NCBI GenBank assembly: GCA_035084275.1
Contig: CM068748.1
Span: 2,914,001-2,978,000 of the forward strand
Source of the DNA: Hydrolagus colliei
Lineage: Eukaryota
Direction: 5' to 3'
Length of the DNA: 64,000 bases
In this document: in pieces, positions 39,506-52,835 of the stretch
Layout: the number at the start of each line of letters is the position of its first letter
How positions within the stretch are numbered: position 1 is the first letter of the stretch
Position numbers and translations under genes: made by a program
The notes under the pieces: model-generated
The model's database searches: none
What the model was told of the DNA's origin: nothing
Seen by the model: the letters and a program-made list of their open reading frames with translations, nothing else

Positions 39506-41993
39506 AATGTCTTGAGAAGAAATGCTTCACAAGCAAGTATTGTTTTTCTAAGCGAACCAATATCATTGGATCATTAAGATCTACCTGATGAAGCAGGCAG
39601 ACAGGGTTCCAGTTTAGTGTCTCGTCCCGAAGACAGTATTTCTAAGTCAACATTAACAGCGAGTGAAGGTTCCTAGTGTTGACATGCAAACCAAATCCAA
39701 TAGATGCTAGTAATCTTACCAGCTATAGCTGAACATGGGCCATGCAGAAGACATGATGTCTTATAGTGAGTAAAGGAGCCTTTTGGCCCCAGACAGGAGA
39801 TCAGTGTCTGCCTGGAGTTCCTGTGGGCTGTCGTGAGACTGTCCAACACCTTGTGACGTCCACCTGATGTGAAAGGTGCTATACAAGTATAATTTTGTTG
39901 TTGTTGCATGACAGGCATCTGAATCGAATATTCTAGCCCTGCCACAAACACTTTGGACATTGTAATTTGGAATGTCTGGTCCTGTGGGTTGTGTCAATTG
40001 ATATGTGGCTTCTCGTGACCCAGTTGATGAGGTATTTCTTCGTCTCACTGCCCGGGTGCAGATGTCAGATGTAACATTTAGAGCAACTGCTTAGCAACCT
40101 AGGATGCCGACTGGCATCTCTTCCTCTTTACAGTGGAGTTGAACTCACAGGAGTCACAAAGCATTAACAGGTCATCCGGACGGATGTGGAACTGTGGTGG
40201 CATCAGTCAGGCTTTGTTCCTCTGGTCTTCTTCAGATCACGACAGCAGGTTGTTATAGGCTCAGACACTACTCGACTGAGCATTGTCACAACATCCTTAA
40301 AGCGTGACCAACTGATTTGTTTATCTTTATGTGGAAGTAGCTCAGGAGCAGAATTTGATCCGATGGAAACTTTACACTGCCACGGAATATCCTGAGGTCC
40401 AGGTTCTTATGGGATGGGCCCTGTTTACACTACACCTGAAGGAAGGTTCCCCTGGACTTCCTGTACCCTATTTGTGGCTTGGAGTCCTTATTAATTAATT
40501 ACTGAATCGCCGCATTTTAGATTGATTAGTTCTTGCAATGGGGTCACTACACTTTCAGCATCATACTTTCTGCTGTATAACTTAATTAAATCTGTGGTAC
40601 AAAAATGTCAGAGGAATTGTGCCCCCCAGGCTCGCACAGCATGTGTGCAAAGAGCATGAAGGACTAATTTAACATTCACTTTCAGAAGGAAACCATCATT
40701 CTCAGTCATCACTGACTGATTGTAGATAATGCATTGGCTTTGGCCTCAAGATTCTGTCTGGTTCATCAATGATACTAGGAGATGTAGACATGCACACAAC
40801 CTCACAAGCCGAAGCCCTGATAGATAGTGGAATCCGATCTGGGCAAGTTACTGCGCTGCTAAGTTACAAAAATAAGCTGCTGAATCAGTCAGGAATATCA
40901 AGCCGAACACTCAGGTTTCTGGATAAAATAACACCCACTACTCCTACCTGGGTGCGATTTTCAGCACACATTTATTTCTCGACAAACAGTTATGTGAGCA
41001 AACAATCAAGTATGAACTTTATTGTTAGTGTGCAATTGACATTCTTGAGTAAAATAAATATAACTCGTGCCCAAAAAAAATTGCTAATGACCTTTCAGCC
41101 CGTACACCATTAAAATATGGTGTCATGTTTCTATAGAAACAAATGTCAATTTGGGATCAGTTTTAGTGGTAGAGGGTTTAAAAAGCAAAAACAAATATTA
41201 AGTGCTCTCTGCCAAACTCCAATGTAAATACATAGCATACTGGAGAGGTGGAAATGCTTTATAAACGGGTTCAGGAGCAAAGATCTTCCTCGGTGGCTTA
41301 ATGAGTTTATTAATTGAATAAGCCGTACAAAAAGAACCAAACGGCCTACCTGAGCTGCATTAGCTCAGACTGTAGTAGAGATGCAAAGTCAATGAATAGT
41401 TTCCTTTGATTAAGGAGAGAAACATATTAGACAAGGATCCCTGTGACCTGTGCTAGAGTGAGATCTGGTATGGATGTTAAGCAATGACAGGATCAGGCTT
41501 CAGTCACTAAAGTTGCTTACGTTGTCTAGAGTCACACCTAAAGAATGGCCATTTAACCAAAGTACTGGAGAGTGTTGAGTATCTGTGCAATCACACCCCA
41601 CTAGAGGCAAACAAAACTTCTTATAAGATCGGGTGGGTGGGGAGACAATTGGCAGGGAAAATTAATTAAAAAATGTAAAATTAGTGAAATTAAATGACTG
41701 AAAGGCACTTCAGTTTAGTAATCTGAAACCTGAGATTGGATTACTGTGTATTACTGTCACCCAGAAAGGCCAGCAATTTTTATCTTATATGAATTTTGTT
41801 TCCTTGATATTCTGTTCAAAATATGTCACAGAATATTAGATTAGAGACATGAAATAACACAGGATTTCATATAATAATGTTCCCTTTAGGCATACTAAAA
41901 TTTAAAGTCAACACAATGCAATACTGAATGATTTTAACATTGGATTCATATTTGTATTGTAAAACTGTAAACTCTAGTGTCTTGTATTCCTTA

Positions 41994-42188
<195 letters not shown>

Positions 42189-42504
42189 TCACTTGGGGTG
42201 AAATCTCACAACTTTAGAATCTGCCCAACGATCTTTGTAAAATCAGTTCACTTGGCTTCATCATGACTTACACGTAAACCACTTAGGAAACACCTCAATG
42301 CTGCAAAGTGAGTACCCACCCTATGATCTACCCATTACAGCATCAAACTGTTAAATGAGTCCAGCAACTGTTACTCGAACTACACTCTGTGTAGACAAAT
42401 GACCACTTGTCCTGCTGTTTTGGTACAAATGGAAATATTGTTCTGGCTTCACTTTAGAAGTTGACTGAATTTCAATATGCCAGAATAGTCACGAGGAAAG
42501 ATGA

Positions 42505-42816
42505 TGATAATAATAATCCTTGAATTTGATAACGGGCTTTTCACGTCTTCTAGACATCATAAAGCGCTTCACGGAATATACTGTAAAGTGAATTGACTGC
42601 ATATTTGTGGGTGAAACATGGCAGCCATTTGCACACAGCTGTGTCCCACAAACAGTCGTGGATTGAAATGACCAATTATATTATTGTGTTGTTTTTTTTG
42701 AGGGATTATTATTAGGTATGTGGAATAAGGAAACTTGCCACGGTTTCGTTCTGACTTGCCTAGATGCAAACACAGGTCTCACGCTTGTAAGGCGAGTGCT
42801 CTAACCACTGAGCTAC
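42505..42816 (-). mobile_element. young tRNA-derived SINE, near full length
   Basis: Tail through gtgctctaaccactgagctac. Confidence 0.9.
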
Positions 42817-43484
42817 ACTCATAGTCATTATCTGGTCTGATACTTGGATGCAATGCTGGGGGGAGTTGAGCGATGCGTTGTCACGGGTGCCATTGAACAC
42901 ATGCTGTGTGCAATCCTCCTTAGTCTTTAGTTAGTGATAACTATAGCACTCAATCTGAGCCTGTTCTTATTCGACAACGTTTTGAGTTTAATAACGTTGA
43001 TTAACTGTAGGTAAAAATACGAAGAGAGGATTGGGGTGGGTGGGAGGAGGGGGGGAGGAAGAAATTTAATTGAACATTATTTATACCATTTGGGCATGTC
43101 CAGGCAATTCTTACAATAAAGCCTTAACTTTGAAGCCTTGTTCTTAATACAGGTTCGAGAAAGAATGTGGTTGGATCAGTCAGGTTCAACACTGTCACAA
43201 GCGTTTGTGTAATTATAAGATGGGAATAGATGGAGCTTGGCTGGAATGCCCCACCCTGTCAAATAAGGGCGAGGCATTTACTGATCTCTAGCCTGCATGT
43301 GTGATCATTGGGTTGGAGGATCAGGCTTATTATGATGCTCTTTACACTCTCAACGCTCATTGCACAGCCTCATACGTGACCAACAGTCACTGACGAGAGG
43401 TACAAGACAACAAACAGAAGAGGAAGAGAGGGAGAAAATGAGCACAAGTAACTGGTATTTATACAATGGCATGTTGAGACGAGC

Positions 43485-43720
43485 CCTTAACTTCCACTCT
43501 GGAACTCTGTCCCCGAATCCCTCCGCCTTGCCTTCTCTCTTGCCTCCTTCAAGGCCCATCTCGAGACCTTACTCTTTGACTGTACCTTTGGCCAAACTCC
43601 CACTCCCCATACCCTCCAAACCTCTTGATTCCAACCCCTAGCTCGTATGCAAACCCTTAACTGTCCAGTGAGCTGTGATGTACCTATCACAGCTATATAA
43701 ATGTAATTCATTGTTGTTGG
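43485..43720 (+). mobile_element. L2 3' fragment
   Basis: ccactctggaactctgtccccgaatccctccgcc...ccttcaaggcccatctcgagacc and a tail. Confidence 0.75.
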
Positions 43721-44524
43721 ATCTTTCTATGTTTGTAACCATCTGGAATATGTTCAGCACATCAGGGAGCTAGAGAAACGAGTGCTATTTTAATGTCACA
43801 TCATAACATTTTATATCTTGTAAGAGGCAACATAATAAAACAGTCATTTCTTCCCGCAACCAAATATGGTGTGTGCGGCTATAAAAATTAATTGTCAATT
43901 CAAAACAGAATTGAAATTCAGGATATCAGAAACTTGCCCTGTGGTCAACCATCTATATAATACAACATGGCAAGTTAACAGTATCATATAGTGCTAATAG
44001 CTCGTATAGTAATTCACGGATGTCTTCCTCATCACAATTTTCTAGGTCTCCCCTTCCCTTGTCCTGTGGATATTACTGCTTTACACCCATTTTCTGGCAG
44101 AGAATGTCTGTAAGTGATCTATCTCAGGGAGACCTTTCTCTTTGACTGTGCCTTCGGCCACCATCCCACGACCGCGCTACCCTCCACACCTGTCGATTGT
44201 AACCTCTAGCTTAGGTACAAACCCTAAAGTGTCCGGTGTCTTGGAGTGGCCCCCCCCCCCCCCCCCCCCACCGAAGTGCTATATAAATTAATTTGCTGCT
44301 GTTGTTATTTCCAATCTAATAGGCTCGAAAAAATTATGCAAGGGTTGGTCGGTCTGATTTCTCTGCTGACTTAACTCACCCTGAAACAATAGGCTGACAC
44401 TCCAATGTAGTGTGTCACTACAATGCAACATGTACACAACATGTACACTGCCCCTGCAAGACACTGTTCAAGTTTCAGGAACTGCAGTTAAACAAATGCT
44501 GATTTATCTGGCTCTAGTTCTAAA

Positions 44525-44705
44525 AATAATAATAATCCTTGCATTTGATATAGTGCTTTTCACATCTTCTAGACGTCTCAAAGAATGCTTCACAGAACAT
44601 ACTGTAATGTTAATTGACTGAATATAAGTGAGTGAAAGGCGGAGGCCAATTGCGCCCAGCCGTGTCCCACAAACAGTTGTGGACTGAAATGACGAATTTA
44701 TTATT
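44525..44705 (-). mobile_element. young SINE 3' half
   Basis: Tail and Deu-like body match the family. Confidence 0.82.
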
Positions 44706-44933
44706 GCTCTGACTGTAGAATGCACAAGAATATTCCTTTCCATCCCATGACATTCCCACTGAGCTGGGTGAAAACTGTAATGCTTTACAACAGATTCAAT
44801 GGGATAATGATCGCACCAAAGTCTATGACGAAACATTAGCCATTAATCCAAACACGAGGAAAATGGGCAGCGTTCATTGAACATTTAGATTACAACTAGA
44901 AGCATCAACAAAACAAAGTTTAGATATATTTTA

Positions 44934-45248
<315 letters not shown>

Positions 45249-47449
45249 TCAAATACCAATAAATGACATAACAAACGTACCACTGAAGGATTAAGTAAGT
45301 ACACGTATTCAACGTGGAGCTTTTACTGTTGTCATTTAACCTGTTGATAGTCCCAGACACAAACAGCAACTGTTCAACGGTCCACACTGCAGGATCTATG
45401 CTGTTAAATCTGGCTGTAATACCAGACTCTCGACTGAGTGAATAAATACGAAAGCCAGTCTCACTCAGGTCCTGGCACAGGTCATGTTTTGCTGTTCTCG
45501 GCTGCTTTGTTTGGGTTACGAATGGAAAGGTGAACCTTACTGCCTCTCTTGGCCATTCATCCAAGGAACAATATCTACAGTAATCTGGAACATGTCCACA
45601 GGCTGGGTTGTGCCTGTTCCCCTGACTCAGAAGGAAAATAGGAGAAGAAACACAGACGGAACGTCTAAATAACCTTTTACATGTGTATGGTTCCAAACCA
45701 AAGTGGCTATTCTTTATGTGTGAAAATTAGTACATCAATTGTAAACCAGTTCAAATGTGCCCTCCAATAAGCCATGTGTAACCACAGTCCCCAGTGCAGC
45801 ACTAAGCCATAAAAACTGGAGGATCTGCTTTCACTCCGTGTTGCCAGCTGATTCAATTCTACTGCAGATGTCACAACAACCAACCCTGATGCTATCTTCA
45901 CCTGTTGTGCATGTACAAAAGCAACAAGACACAACATTGCAGTTATAGAGCACCTTTCACATCGGGAGGACGTCCCAAGGCGCCATACGCAATAATCCTC
46001 ACAGCACCTTTCAAACTAGAAGACGTTTCAAGGCATTTAAAACCATTGATAAGAGAGTGGAGTAAGTGTGCACTTATTTTGCACACAGTTAGTCATGAAG
46101 AGAATGACCAAATTTATTTGGGTAATTGTTGGCCAAAATACCAGGAGAAACTCCCTCCTCTTTCTGAAGAGCGAATCACACACACACACTTACCTTTCCC
46201 CTTCTTTACGTGCGGGATAGTCATATGAATTGAAGCTTCCTAACCGCTGTCCAGCTGAATCAGCTAGTAACACAGAGTGAGTGCATAACTTCCGAGTCTC
46301 TATGGCTTGGTCTATACCAGTGAAGGGTGATTACATATGGCTGATTGGAAGGAGCATTTCCACTGGTTTACAACTGATGTTACGAATGACCAAATAAAAC
46401 TATTGAAAACATTTATCTTAAGCATTCTTGTAGAGTTCTAGCGTACTCCTGAATTCAGATAAGGAGCAGAATCCGATTATTCTGTCACCGTACATCCTTC
46501 AGCTTTACCAGCATATGAGGAAATATGAGCAGGAAAGCCTTTATAACTGAGGTGAGCTGAGTCAAGAACACTTTTGCAATCGGATATTTCTATCAAATAA
46601 GCTGTCACTCAACTGGTTTTGTTCAACCTCTTTAACATCATTAAACTTGCCAGTTATTGAGTTTCAATTCCCTTCATTTCTCATTGCAAAAACCCTCGAA
46701 ATCTGACACTAAGTCTTTGGTTTAAGACTCCGTAAGCCTGAAGAGATTGCCCATTTAATTCTAGCATTTCAAGGTCACCCTTTAATAATGTAAGTGTGAC
46801 CGCTTCATTGGCTTCAGAGGACAGAGACAAACAACGTACTAAAAAAACAGGTCTCTACCCAATACACCAACATACCAGGACAGTCTTGACAAATTTGACT
46901 TCACAACATTATTTTCGCCAGTTTTATGAAATAAATAGTTCAGACAACATCGTTTGTAACTTGTTGTCATGGCAGCTACTGGGTAGATGGATTTTTAATT
47001 GGGCATGACTAGGACAACTGTCATGGTGAGGGCTAAGGGCTGACATGCATTTAATGAGGAAGGGTCTGATAAAGAAGGACAGCTGCAGTGTAATCAGTAG
47101 ATCATTAGACATAATGTCATTCCAGGAGCCAGCTACTAACTACAGCTCAAAACAGTTCCAACTCTTTCACTGAGAAAATACAACCATGCATTTCCAAATA
47201 CAAATAGTATAAGTTGGTGTCTCCACACAGCTTCGCTCACAACAATATAAAACATTATGACTGCAATAAGAAGACAAACGGTATTGATCCACTGCCAACA
47301 ATAATCAATTGGCATCTTATCTAGGTGCGTTTCTTAATCTGTACTTTAACTGAGAATGTGGCAGTTCTAAAAACGTCTTTCCAGATTTTTTTTACTGATC
47401 ATTTCAGTGTATCAAACAAACTCCCCCCCTCCCCCGGAAGAGAGTTTTA

Positions 47450-47645
47450 ACAAACACAAATGGTGGTTGGAGCCGAATTCGTAATAGCTTTTAAAAGGGA
47501 ATTAGACAATATTTAAATATGAATAGTATGAAAGGATTTGACACAAGGGAGGGTGATTGGAACTAGACAGACAGCTCTCTCAGTGATGGGACAGGCAGAT
47601 GGACTGAACGGCCTTGCTCTGCTCTGTAAGATTCTACGATTCCAT
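47450..47645 (+). mobile_element. CR1 LINE 3' end
   Basis: tagcttttaaaagggaattagacaatatt...gatggactgaacggccttgctctgctctgtaagattctacgattc, with a CR1-like (attct) terminus. Confidence 0.75.
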
Positions 47646-47839
47646 TCGACCTAATTCCTTGTGTAAAGGTAGCTCAGTTTGGGGAATTTTCAGTGGAGTA
47701 GAGAAACTTATTTTATTTGGTTACTCCAACATCTTTGGCAAAAAGATGAGTCATTTCCTTACTGATCTGCATAGTTCTACGCTATTTGTTAAAGACATAT
47801 TATAGCCAGATATTTGGACCCCGGATTGATTATTGAAAT

Positions 47840-48110
47840 GACTTTTCAGAGCGTTAAATGGATGAGACATTAAACGGAAGTCCTAATTGTTCAGGCAGAC
47901 AAATAAAAATATCATGACACTATTTGAAAAGAGAAGGGAGTTTCACCTTGTGTCCTGACCAACAATCCTTCAGATATTAGTGTATCAATTCATCTGGTTG
48001 GTGGTGGTGGGACCTTGCTATGTACAAAAACGTTGCCTACAATAACAGTCACTGCACTTGACATTGGTTACTTCAAAGCTCTTTGAGGGTTTGCTATAAA
48101 AATACAAGTT
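47840..48110 (+). mobile_element. older Deu-domain SINE, 3' part
   Basis: ggatgagacattaaac...gacactatttgaaaagagaagggagtt...gggaccttgctatg...aataacagtcactgcactt. Confidence 0.72.
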
Positions 48111-48645
48111 CTACAAAACAATTCCACACAATCTCTTTTCCAGCTCCTGTATTGTGATAGAAAGAGGCCAGGAAACAAAGCCACGAGGAGGAAGATGAAA
48201 CGACATTGGAAGAGTTAAATGGAAACTAAATGTCTTCGAACAATTCTAGGAAAGTCCATCAACTGCATTGGAATAAAAAGATATGTAGAAGAGATAAGAA
48301 ATGACTCAATAAACGACAGGCAGTTCTTGCATTGCTTTTTTTATAAGGCCATTTACAGTTGGACAAGCAACAGTATAGTGCTGCTGGAAGCAAAGAATTC
48401 CTTTTGTATTATTTCCTGTTTTGAGATAAGGGAAGAGATAATCTGCCTGAGGAATCTATGCTATATTGTCTACCCATTGTTAATCATAATATTATCAAAC
48501 GCTACTAACAGTAGAACATTACGTACTGCTCAGGAAGTGTTGCAAACAAACTCCCTGGACTCCATTGTGGAAAAAAGACTGACAGAAAAAAAAACTGCAA
48601 AACAACATTGATAAGGTTACATTTAGATAACACCTTTCACGTCAG

Positions 48646-49272
48646 CAGAGCTGCCAACCCTCCCGATTTTTGCGAAAGCCTTCCGCTTTTACATGCTCCC
48701 TTCCGCACTCCCAATCCCAGATAAATAACTTCCGATTTTTTGCCATTTCATAATTTAAGCTAAATCCCCCTTGCAACGCCTATGTTCAGGAGGGGAAGGA
48801 TGGAAGAAATCAGTTTAATGAAAGTGAAATACTAGAGAGAAGCGTTGTATTTACCTTAATCCTAAGAGAGAAGCGTTGTCGCTGGTTGATTGCAACATAG
48901 CAACTGGGTCCTAGTACTATACGCTAGCTGTTCGCACACACACACAGTACCTGTAGATCCACGAGCGCAGCTAGACCACATGGGGTAGTAAAGATGCTGA
49001 TAGGCGGGAACCGATAGCGGATGAATACACACCAATGAATGCGGTCCCTTGTTTGGAGGAGTGAAACTTGAAAATTTAAATCACGGATGTAAATCGCGGA
49101 CGTGCAAAATTAAGGTGTCCAGGGTGCCTGGATGCCTGTTAATGTCGAGCCCTGGCCTAACTGTACTGAAGTGATAGAGGCAATAACAAAATCCTTCCTG
49201 AAAATGAAACAAACCTTCCTGAAAAATTACTGCAACCTTCCTGAAAATCTACCTTGAAGGTTGGCAGCTCTG
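48646..49272. mobile_element. non-autonomous DNA transposon (MITE), 14-bp TIR, 6-bp TSD
   Basis: Perfect TIR CAGAGCTGCCAACC / GGTTGGCAGCTCTG. CGTCAG flanks both ends (48640-48645 and 49273-49278). Subterminal CTTCC repeats; no ORF. Confidence 0.92.
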
Positions 49273-49739
49273 CGTCAGGAGGACGCCTGAAAACATGTGT
49301 CACAGGATTTACCTTAAAGTATAGGCAAACATCTACAAATAATGGAAGTGTCCAATGTTGATAATTATCAGCAACATTTCATTCAATGTATACTTCAGCG
49401 CCTTGGGACATCCTCCCAATGTGAAAGTCGCTATACAAATGTAATTTTGTTGGTGTTGTTGTTGTACTTAGAAACAACCTGATCATAGTGTGGGTGGGTG
49501 TGGCTGTGTTGTTAAACAGCAAGCTGCCCTCCACCTTGTACTACCTGACATTTGTATGCATTCTTTATTGCTAGTTAAATTCACTTTACAGATTATTCTG
49601 TGAAGCGCTTTGGGATGCCTCGAAGACCTGATAAGGCGCTTGTATCAAATGCACGGATTAGCATAATTATTAAAAGTTCAAGGTAAGAATGTGAAGCCTG
49701 TAGATAAAGACTCTGGAAATGATTATAAATAGAAGCATA

Positions 49740-50031
49740 ATAATAGTAATAATAATCCTTGCATTTGATATGGCGCTTTTCACATCTTCTAGACGTCTCA
49801 AAGCGCTTCATAAAATATACTGTAAAGTGAATTGACTTATTTATTTGTGAGTGAAATGTGGCAGCCCATTGCACAGTTGTGAATTGTGTGATCAATTTTT
49901 TTTTGGGGGGGTGGAATTATAATAAATCGTGTGGAGTAAAGAAACTTGTCCAAGGTTTTGCCCAACCAGGAATTGCACCCAGGTCTCTCGTTTGTAAGCC
50001 GAGTGCTCTAACCACTGAGCTATAGAACTCC
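49740..50031 (-). mobile_element. young tRNA-derived SINE
   Basis: Tail to head (accactgagctatagaactcc). Confidence 0.88.
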
Positions 50032-50097
50032 AACATCCATTGCCTTGGTGAGAAGCATAAGATACGATTGACTTTTGCGAGTTATCGGCTGGTGTCA

Positions 50098-50457
<360 letters not shown>

Positions 50458-51054
50458 TCAGGGATCCATACTTGAGCTGGTGGTTGGGATCAGGAGGGGT
50501 GGAAGACAGGGAGGGTAGGGTTAAGAGGGTGGCTGAAGGCACAGTCAGAGAGGATGCGATCAGTGTAAAAACCTGAAGATTCAGCACCACTCAAATGCAA
50601 CACAATTTTACAACAGAGGCATTTGTCGTACATTCGGTTCAACGATATATCCATGAAGTGTCAATCACCAGTTAATACTATAATAGCTCTACCTTTAAGT
50701 AAAACTCTACCAGTAAAGGAATGAATAGGGAATACAAGATGACACAGGCCATAATAGTAGGGCAAAACAGCACAGGACAAAATGGAGGAGTTTTTCTTTG
50801 CCGATATCACTGAGATGAGTAGGTGTTGAAAGCGGAGTCAGGAGATCAGCTTTCACTATAGCAAAATTGGTAACTAAACCATCAGATGAGGTGTTTCTTT
50901 AAAATAATTATTTATGACACTTGATCTAGGATTAAGGCAACACCGGTACTCAGTCAGATACTGAATTTAGAACTCATGTCCCACAAGTTGCATTTGGAAT
51001 AGGACAATGAACCCAAACTGTAGTACTTCCATTCACATGACTATTTTCAGTACT

Positions 51055-51379
51055 TAATAATAATAATCCTTGCATTTGATATAGCGATTTTCATGTCTTC
51101 TAGACATCTGAAAGCTCTTCACGGAACATTCTGTAAAGTGAATTGGCTTTATATCGTGGGCGAAACGTGGCAGCCAATTGAGTACAGCAGTGTCCCACAA
51201 ACAGTCGTGGATTGAAATGACCAATTCTATTCTTGTGTTTTTTTTGGATGGGAGGGTGGAATTATAATTCGACATGTGGAGAAAGGAAACTTGCCCAAGG
51301 TTTCGCCCTGACCTGCCTGGATTGGAACACGGGTCTCACGCTTGAAGGCGAGTGCTCTAACCACAGGCTACAGGACTCC
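51055..51379 (-). mobile_element. young tRNA-derived SINE, full length
   Basis: Tail to head (gctacaggactcc). Confidence 0.9.
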
Positions 51380-52604
51380 ACTTCGGATGCATGTACAGAC
51401 TCAGTTGGACTCACTGTCACTGGGTTAGTACATTGAGAGGGTCTCACCAGATATTGTTCAATAGAAGAGATACTTCTGGGATTTCTCCCCCAGCACCACT
51501 GCCCACCTACAGATCACCTCCTTCCCCTAAGTGACCTCCTGAGCTGAGAGCAGCCAGTGCAGATCCGCAGAGTGGATTACTGCGCCCGCAAAGCTGTGCC
51601 CTGACCTCCAAGGCGGCAGCAAGTCAAATGAACAATAAGCTGCACATAGCCATACTGCCAGAAAAGAGGGAGATCACTACAGAAACTCCACCTCAACATA
51701 AATCAATGTAGACGGCTATAGTATTGCATTAGGTACAACTGTCAAGTACACCATTGACTGTGCAATTCAGTAAGTGGTTTTGATCTGTATCCCATTCTGT
51801 ATCAATGTTTTTTTAAAAAAATCTGTGTTAATTATATATTTGTTGCTCGGGCGTATGTAATATTAACAGTATCACATTCACCCTCCTAGTCTCAGAAACC
51901 ATTATTATCCATCATTGTCACTTGCGAGCAGAACTGGCAGAGTGATGCTTGCAGCTGGAGCTACAGTTTGTAACTAACAGCACTAAGTGGTAAATGCTTC
52001 GACCTCCGAAGAAACGTTGTTCCTCAGGGGATATTTACACTCCTCCAATCTGTCAGGTTCTGTGTACATCTGTCGTGTGTGCCTACACTGGAATCTTGCA
52101 GAGCTACAGAGGTCAGCCCGATACGGTTAAGCAACAGAAAACATTCTTCTCCACACTGGGCTAACCACATTGAACACGGAGGGCTTGTGGTGGGGGAATA
52201 CAATACTCAGTATTTGCAGCTTTGCTTGTTTAAGTGTGTTTTGATGCTCGCGTATTGGGCTCAAAAGTTTGTCACTGACCCACAGCCGGTTCCTTCGCCT
52301 TCACTCTCCTTTCCACTGCCTTGAAAGGGACACAACTTTGCTGATGTTTGATGGTGTGAGTTGACATTGAGAAATCCCATTGTAAACTTACACCATCGCA
52401 GATTGGAAATTTACAGGCACGTGGAGAATAATCCGGGCCAGTCGCCAAAAACTGGTATATTTATCAAGTGGGGAATAACAGCTTAATATTGGGAAATGTC
52501 CCAAACTATAAAGTCCCATAAACAGCCATGAACACCAGGCAAATGACTAACAAAAAAAAGTACATACTAAAACCAGCACAAACCTGCACTGATCTGAAAA
52601 AGTA

Positions 52605-52835
52605 GGTCAGGGCGAAACCTTGGGCAAGTTTCCTTACTCCACACGCCTAATAATAATCCCCCACAAAAAAAACAATAAAAACTTGGTCATTTCAATCCAC
52701 CGTTTGTGGAGACACTGCTGTGCGCAATTGGCTGCCACATTTCGCCCACAAATAAAATTTACTTTCAGTATATTCTGTGAAGCGCTTTGAGACATCTAGA
52801 AGACGTGAAAAGCGCTATATCAAGGATTATTAAGA
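52605..52835 (+). mobile_element. young SINE, 5' truncated
   Basis: aggtcagggcgaaaccttgggcaagtttcc through the tail. Confidence 0.88.
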
